This document shows positions 58,138-64,000 of a stretch of DNA of 64,000 nt, in pieces. A program made the translations under genes and the position numbers. The notes beneath the pieces are model-generated. The model ran no database searches. It was not told the DNA's origin and saw only the letters and a list, made by a program, of their open reading frames with translations. The first letter of the stretch is position 1. Every line of letters starts with the position of its first letter. Source of the stretch: an uncultured Candidatus Saccharibacteria bacterium (lineage in GTDB: Bacteria > Patescibacteriota > JAUYIX01 > CAYMIK01); contig CAYMIK010000001.1 in NCBI GenBank assembly GCA_964390745.1, positions 48,670 through 112,669 on the forward strand, written 5' to 3'.

Positions 58138-61100
58138 ATGACAAAAACACAAATCAAAATTCGCGATTTTCACATTCGCGCTGCCCAGCTTCACGGAGCA
58201 TCTCGCGTCTTTTTATTATTGTATGTTTTGGTGCTCGAAATGTTCGTGGCAATTCATAAGATATTTGCACACTTTGTTTTTGGCAAGCACAAAGCCTTTG
58301 AAAAGTTTGCGTGCCGCGATGTACAAGGAGCAATTACTGATTCGTATAGTGATCACGAACGGTTCCATAAAATTTCACTGAGCAGTGTCACGATGGTGGC
58401 TCTTGTTTCGGTAATGTATGTTTTAGCTGGCGTTCTCGCACCTGGCCCACACATGCTTCGGGCTGCAAGTTTGATCGTGAATGACAACGGTGATGCTGGT
58501 GACGGTACATGTGATTCTTCGTGTACCTTGCGAGATGCGATAGAAAATGCCAACTCGAGCCCAGGCGCTGATGTTATTACATTTGACTCGGCAACAGTTA
58601 TTACGCCTACTTCGCCATTACCAGATATTACAGAAACAGTTTCCATTGATGGCGATGTTGATTCTAATGGCACTCCAGATGTTGTGATAAGTGGTGGCGC
58701 TGCCGGTGCAACGAGCGGCATAACGATTGCCTCAAATGACGTTACGATTTCTGGTCTCGTGATACAAGGATTTTCCGGTGATGGTATTTCTATCATTGGT
58801 AGCAACAATGTTATTACGCGTAACTACATTGGAACGAACTCAACAGCAACTTCGGCGGCTACGAATACAGGTAGTGGTATTACTATTGCCGATGATACGA
58901 TTGATCCAAGCTCGAACAACGTCATTGGCGGAACGAGTTCCTCTGATCGAAATATTATTTCGGGGAATACGCAAAACGGCGTAAAGCTGTCCGGAAGCTT
59001 TGTGACGGATAACGATGTTCAGGGTAACTACATTGGCACCAATGCTGCTGGAACCTCGGCCATTCCAAACGGACAATCAGGTATCCGAATTGAATCAAGC
59101 GCTTCGTCAAATATTATCGGTGGTAGCGTTGGGGCCTCAGATCCTGGAACTGCACCAGGAAACCTCATCAGCGGAAACACCTCAAGCGGAGTCATTCTTT
59201 TGAGTGACAACAACCAGGTGGCCGGAAATATTATTGGACTCAATGCGTCGGGCACGGCAGCTCTTGCCAACTCGGACGGATTTACCATTGCCGGATCTGG
59301 CAATACGGTTGGCGGTGCAAGCACATCGTTTAGAAACATCATCAGCGGCAATGCGAACGGTGTAACAATTACAGCCGGCGATAACACGGTCCAGTATAAC
59401 TATATTGGAACCAATATTGCGGGAGACACGGCAAGAGCTAATAGTTCCCGTGGCGTTCGTGTGAGTGGCGGACTCACGAATATTTACAACAACCTCGTTG
59501 CCGGAAATCCAACACAGCTGTATCTGCAATCAGATGCAGACATTAAGGGTAATATTGTGGGGTTGAACGCAGTAGGATCCGCAGCATTTGGAAGTCAGCA
59601 AAACGGCGTATATATCTTGGCAGGAACAGTAACGGTTGGGAGTACTTCGAGCTCTGATCGAAATGTTATCGCCGGAAACTCAAGCATTGGTATTGCGGTT
59701 ATTGGCAGCGGTCCCCGCGCAACCATTCAAGGAAACTATATCGGAACCGATGCAACCGGGGCAACGGCCATAGCAAACGGTATGGGGATTGGCATGGTTG
59801 GTGGCGCAACGGGCAACAGCATCGGCGATACAAACTCAGGAACTTCGTGTACGGGTGCATGCAACGTTATCTCTGGCAACACCACCGACGAAATTTTTAT
59901 TGATAGTGGTGCGCATGGAAATACTGTCCAAGGAAATTATATTGGCGTGAATGCTCTTGGCACAAAGCCAATCAGCTGGACAGCTTCGGGAGCTAAGCAT
60001 TCAATTCACATTCAGGACAACTCCTACAACAACCAAATTGGTGGTTCGCGGGATGAGAATGTTGCTGAGCTGGGCGATGGAAATCTTATTTCGGGAAATC
60101 AGCAAAGTGGCGGTGCCGGCATATATATCACACTGCACTCTTTCAACGGCACAACAGGAAATCCGATTCTTGGAAATCTTATAGGTACCAGCCCAACAGG
60201 TGCATTTCAGGATTCTTACAACAATACAACCGGTGCCGCCGGCGCTGATGGCATCAATGACTTCCGGAATGCCGTAGGATTTTACTGCATCGATTCTTCG
60301 TACTGTTCTCTTGGTGACGGAACAACGGCGCATGCAAACCTCATATCTGGAAACGGCGTGGGTGTTCAGATTTCGAACAATCCATTGTCAACGTATAATC
60401 TGAACTACATTGGTACCAATAAAACGGCCACACTTCCGTTTTCGAATTCAGCATATCAGGGCCAGAATGGTCTTCACTTTGGGATCTACTTTAATGGTGG
60501 TCACGACGAATCTGGATCTGTTGTTGAAAATAATATTATCTCTGGATTTTACAAGGCCGATCCTGATCTTTCGGGTGGTGTTTCTGCTGCCAGTATGGGC
60601 ATTGCTGTTGGTCTTGGAAGTTCTGATGGTTCAGGTGAACTCCGCAATATTACGTTCCTTCGAAACAAAATAGGAACTGATATTGACGGCACATCGGTCA
60701 TAAAAAACAATGTTGGTTTTTATTGCTTCAATGGTGGCAACGTTGAAATTGGGAGCAGTGATATTAATGATCGCAATATTATTTCTGGCAACGGCGAGGG
60801 TGGCGTAGGTGGGCCATTTGAAACACTCGCAGCTGATGGCTATTGCCGGGATATTACAATAGAAAAAAATTACTTCGGTACGGATATCAACGGAAACACA
60901 TCGCTTGGAAACGGTAATTCGTTGAACTTTTTGGCGGGCTCTGGTGCAATAACTGTCCAAGATAACGTTATTGGTAGCTCGGAAGAGGATGGCGTTCGAA
61001 CGGTTTCTTCAACGAACAACTACATTGGAAACAAAATTGGCGTTGGCGCCGATGGTACGACAAACCTTGCAAATGCCGCAGATGGCATCTCTGTTGATAC

Positions 61101-64000
61101 TTCGGGTGCCATGGTGCTCCAAAATAATGTCATTCGGAACAATGGACAGCGTGGTGTTCATCTTACGGAAGCCTCGGCGACCATTGACGGCAATACTGTA
61201 AGTAACAATACGGGTGATGGAATCACTCTGGATGATTCGAACTCTTGTACCATTACCGACAACACTATCACTGATAACGGTAATGTTGGTATTAATATGT
61301 CCGGAGTATCCGAATCGGCAATCGGTACAACGGGCCATGGCAATACGGTGACGGGTCATGCGGTAAGTGGCTTGGTACTTTCGAATGTATCACACACCAA
61401 TACCGTTATCGATAACACCATTTCTTCCAATGACGGCGATGCAAATGGCGCCGGGATATCGATCAATGAAAGTTTTAATAATACCGTTTCGAATAATACC
61501 CTCGATCAAAATGCTCGTGGCGTACTGCTCAGGGCAAGCGACTCGTTTTCTACCTACGAAAACACAGTGACGCAAAACGAAATCACCAATAGTACTGGTT
61601 CTGGTGTTGTGGTGCAAAATCCACAAACACAAGGAAACACCATTTCCAATAACACCATTTCGGCCAACCATGCCTATGGTATTGATAATGAAACCACCCA
61701 CTCGTCAGACGATCCAACCCCCACCGGCGGAGACAACGTTATCGACTCCAATACGCTGTCCCTCAACCTCCTTTCGGGAATTCGAAACTATGGCGCATCG
61801 CCAGCCATTACCAATAATACATTTACACAAAACGTTAAGAGTGGTGTTTCGAACGTTGTAAATTATGGTGCGAACACCAATCCAAGTACTGCTTCTGATG
61901 ACACAACGTCGCTGCCAGAAATTACCGGGAATACATTCAACGGAAATCAAGAATACGGAATATACAGTCTTGATACGGCGCCCTCAAACAAAGATACTTT
62001 GAAGGATGACAATACCTTTGATGACAACAATACGCTTGGGCGCATTCGCCAAGAGTGGTATGGACTTGTGAAAGTTACAGTAGAAGGCGTGATACAAGAT
62101 GCTGCTTCTGTTGATATTTTTGATAACACCGAAAGCGATAACCTTGCTTCGTTGGTTACTGCTGCTACGGGATATGCACCTGACACGGCAAGCCTTACCG
62201 ATGTGCAAACCTGGGAAGTGGTTCCCGAATTTCAAGTATCACCCACAGGAACGCTCCAAGCATTCTCGCCGCACAAAGTTATTGCTGCTGTTGATGGTGA
62301 CGCTGAAACGGTAACTTTTAAATACAATGGAGTAAATGACTCGGGCGAAGTAGGTCCAACGGGTTTTGGAAATACAAACGGACGCTACCAAGTAGCGTTA
62401 GTGAATATCACGAAGGTGCCCAACACCGTTCATGGCACGGTGTTTACTGACGTGAATGAAAATGGCACCAACGATAGCGAGGCTGGCAAGTCTGGTGTTG
62501 CAGTAACGTTGTATAAGAGCACGGACACAACCTTTGGAAGCGATACAGCAGCTGCTACAACTACTACGGCAAGTGACGGTACCTACACGTTCAGTGGGGT
62601 AGTGCAAGGAAATTATTTTGTAAAGATTTCCACTCCAACGAATTATGCCGATACCACTTCGAATCCAGGAAGTTTGATTACTTTTGCGAGCGAAAATGAA
62701 ACGAAGACACAAGATTTCGGAGTTGTTGCTGTGCCGCCTCCGCCGCCAACACCAAGCGGAACTATTCGGGGAACGGTATTCCAGGATACAAATAAAAATA
62801 AAGTTTTCGAAGGCGGAGAATTGGGCCTTTCGGGAATAGAAGTTTCGTTGTATAACGACTCGAATGCCAACGGTGCGTTTGACTCGGGCACCGATCAACT
62901 TTTAGCAACGCGAACAACGAACACGAGTGGTGTGTATCGTTTCATAGGCATAGGACTTCGAAATTACTTCCTTACCGTCCAAACTCCAACGAATCGTTCG
63001 CTTACCACAGCAAATAGCCCAACCGATCTTTTGAAACTCGATGTTGACGGCGAAACCCTGACGCAAGACTTTGGTTTTACTGCTTTGCCAGAAACTCCTA
63101 CTCCGGAACCCAAACCAACCCCCAAGCCTGGCTCTGGTGGTGGAACAAAACCCATCATTAATCCTATTACGGGTGGTTCTAATGTTGGCATTGTGGCACC
63201 ACGAACAGGTGCCAGTGCAACGAATTCTTTTGTTGCTATTGCAGCTGTTGTCTTGGCCGCCATTAACGTACTCACGGCTGCCGGTTCAGGCTTTCCGCTT
63301 TTGTTGCGTCTCCTCTTTGACCTTTTCACTGAGCCTTTGATGGCATTGTTCGGTGCAAAGAAAGAACCATGGGGCAAACTCTTTGACTCCATCACTAATG
63401 AGCCTATCGATTTGGGTATTGTTCGTTTGTACGATGCAAATACCATGAAGCTTACTGCAACTGCCGTAACGGATCGAACAGGACGTTTCAAATTTTTCCC
63501 AAAGAGAGGCTCGTATGTAGCGAAGGCAGACAAGAAGGGATATATTTTCCCTTCAAGCCTTTTGAAATCCGCTCCAGGATATCAGAAGCCAAACCTGTAT
63601 TTTGGTGATCGATTTAATATCTCTGACCAAAATCAAACCTTCAATCGTGATGTTCCTCTTGATCGTGAAAGCAAAGAGGGAAGTGAGAAACTTCTTTTGA
63701 AGCTCCATGCAAAACGAGTATTGCGAAACGTCTTTGCCTACTCGGGTATTGTTATTGGAATCGTGAATATGGTTGTCTTGCTTTCGTGGCTGACGTTTGG
63801 CATCTTCGTTGTGCACGTTATTCTCTTTGCATTCTTCTGGCGAATAACCCGGCCACGTAAACCAAAAACGTGGGGCATTGTCTATGACGAAGAAACAAAG
63901 AAGCCTATTGCGGGCGCAGTGGTTCGAATCTTTGACCAACGGTTTGGACGATTACTTGATGCCACGCTCTCGAATCGCAACGGAAAATTTGGATTCCTCA
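58138..64000 (+). CDS. Giant surface protein (>1950 aa, truncated by the window): CSLREA-like start, parallel beta-helix, SdrD-B-like Ig domains, TM plus carboxypeptidase-regulatory-like C-terminal module
   Basis: Not in the ORF track because it has no stop. Manual reading from ATG 58138 gives CDSSCTLRDAIENAN, many GNYIGT/ISGN repeats, GTVFxDxNxNG SdrD-B motifs, a P/T linker, and WGKLFDSITNEPI..RLYD and WGIVYDEETKKPI repeats. Confidence 0.88.
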   Translation, partial: MTKTQIKIRDFHIRAAQLHGASRVFLLLYVLVLEMFVAIHKIFAHFVFGKHKAFEKFACRDVQGAITDSYSDHERFHKISLSSVTMVALVSVMYVLAGVLAPGPHMLRAASLIVNDNGDAGDGTCDSSCTLRDAIENANSSPGADVITFDSATVITPTSPLPDITETVSIDGDVDSNGTPDVVISGGAAGATSGITIASNDVTISGLVIQGFSGDGISIIGSNNVITRNYIGTNSTATSAATNTGSGITIADDTIDPSSNNVIGGTSSSDRNIISGNTQNGVKLSGSFVTDNDVQGNYIGTNAAGTSAIPNGQSGIRIESSASSNIIGGSVGASDPGTAPGNLISGNTSSGVILLSDNNQVAGNIIGLNASGTAALANSDGFTIAGSGNTVGGASTSFRNIISGNANGVTITAGDNTVQYNYIGTNIAGDTARANSSRGVRVSGGLTNIYNNLVAGNPTQLYLQSDADIKGNIVGLNAVGSAAFGSQQNGVYILAGTVTVGSTSSSDRNVIAGNSSIGIAVIGSGPRATIQGNYIGTDATGATAIANGMGIGMVGGATGNSIGDTNSGTSCTGACNVISGNTTDEIFIDSGAHGNTVQGNYIGVNALGTKPISWTASGAKHSIHIQDNSYNNQIGGSRDENVAELGDGNLISGNQQSGGAGIYITLHSFNGTTGNPILGNLIGTSPTGAFQDSYNNTTGAAGADGINDFRNAVGFYCIDSSYCSLGDGTTAHANLISGNGVGVQISNNPLSTYNLNYIGTNKTATLPFSNSAYQGQNGLHFGIYFNGGHDESGSVVENNIISGFYKADPDLSGGVSAASMGIAVGLGSSDGSGELRNITFLRNKIGTDIDGTSVIKNNVGFYCFNGGNVEIGSSDINDRNIISGNGEGGVGGPFETLAADGYCRDITIEKNYFGTDINGNTSLGNGNSLNFLAGSGAITVQDNVIGSSEEDGVRTVSSTNNYIGNKIGVGADGTTNLANAADGISVDTSGAMVLQNNVIRNNGQRGVHLTEASATIDGNTVSNNTGDGITLDDSNSCTITDNTITDNGNVGINMSGVSESAIGTTGHGNTVTGHAVSGLVLSNVSHTNTVIDNTISSNDGDANGAGISINESFNNTVSNNTLDQNARGVLLRASDSFSTYENTVTQNEITNSTGSGVVVQNPQTQGNTISNNTISANHAYGIDNETTHSSDDPTPTGGDNVIDSNTLSLNLLSGIRNYGASPAITNNTFTQNVKSGVSNVVNYGANTNPSTASDDTTSLPEITGNTFNGNQEYGIYSLDTAPSNKDTLKDDNTFDDNNTLGRIRQEWYGLVKVTVEGVIQDAASVDIFDNTESDNLASLVTAATGYAPDTASLTDVQTWEVVPEFQVSPTGTLQAFSPHKVIAAVDGDAETVTFKYNGVNDSGEVGPTGFGNTNGRYQVALVNITKVPNTVHGTVFTDVNENGTNDSEAGKSGVAVTLYKSTDTTFGSDTAAATTTTASDGTYTFSGVVQGNYFVKISTPTNYADTTSNPGSLITFASENETKTQDFGVVAVPPPPPTPSGTIRGTVFQDTNKNKVFEGGELGLSGIEVSLYNDSNANGAFDSGTDQLLATRTTNTSGVYRFIGIGLRNYFLTVQTPTNRSLTTANSPTDLLKLDVDGETLTQDFGFTALPETPTPEPKPTPKPGSGGGTKPIINPITGGSNVGIVAPRTGASATNSFVAIAAVVLAAINVLTAAGSGFPLLLRLLFDLFTEPLMALFGAKKEPWGKLFDSITNEPIDLGIVRLYDANTMKLTATAVTDRTGRFKFFPKRGSYVAKADKKGYIFPSSLLKSAPGYQKPNLYFGDRFNISDQNQTFNRDVPLDRESKEGSEKLLLKLHAKRVLRNVFAYSGIVIGIVNMVVLLSWLTFGIFVVHVILFAFFWRITRPRKPKTWGIVYDEETKKPIAGAVVRIFDQRFGRLLDATLSNRNGKFGFL

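Noticed and set aside
58353-63939. Many short ORFs listed in the track at the right end
   Set aside because: All overlap the single long plus-strand frame starting at 58138.

Overview
This 64-kb window looks like a Patescibacteria (CPR)-type chromosome: standard genetic code, roughly 40-47% GC by eye, and the lineage call is an inference from gene repertoire. Housekeeping genes include uvrB (partial), ruvA, a FemAB-family gene, murE, tsaB, rpoBC, ftsK, gpmI, rodZ, recA, efp, rpsF-ssb-rpsR, ychF, rnj, an OppA-like binding protein and secG. There is a three-gene NHEJ operon (Ku, LigD ligase domain, LigD polymerase domain) and four very large surface or orphan proteins, two of them with triple CWB2 anchors. 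The most striking unexplained pattern is six GC-rich islets (about 60-65% GC in hand-counted samples) dropped between conserved genes. Each has a near-consensus sigma70 promoter, ORFan genes with strong Shine-Dalgarno sites and C/G-ending codons, and usually tandem 3' hairpins, with no integrase or transposase in view. Also notable: a wHTH-phosphohistidine-swivel fusion with two tandem palindromic operators on its own promoter, a DUF6496-like small gene missed by the ORF track, a possible AUU-initiated LysM-CHAP hydrolase and several candidate structured RNAs. No rRNA, tRNA, CRISPR array or IS element was recognised. All family calls come from motif recognition by eye, not database searches.
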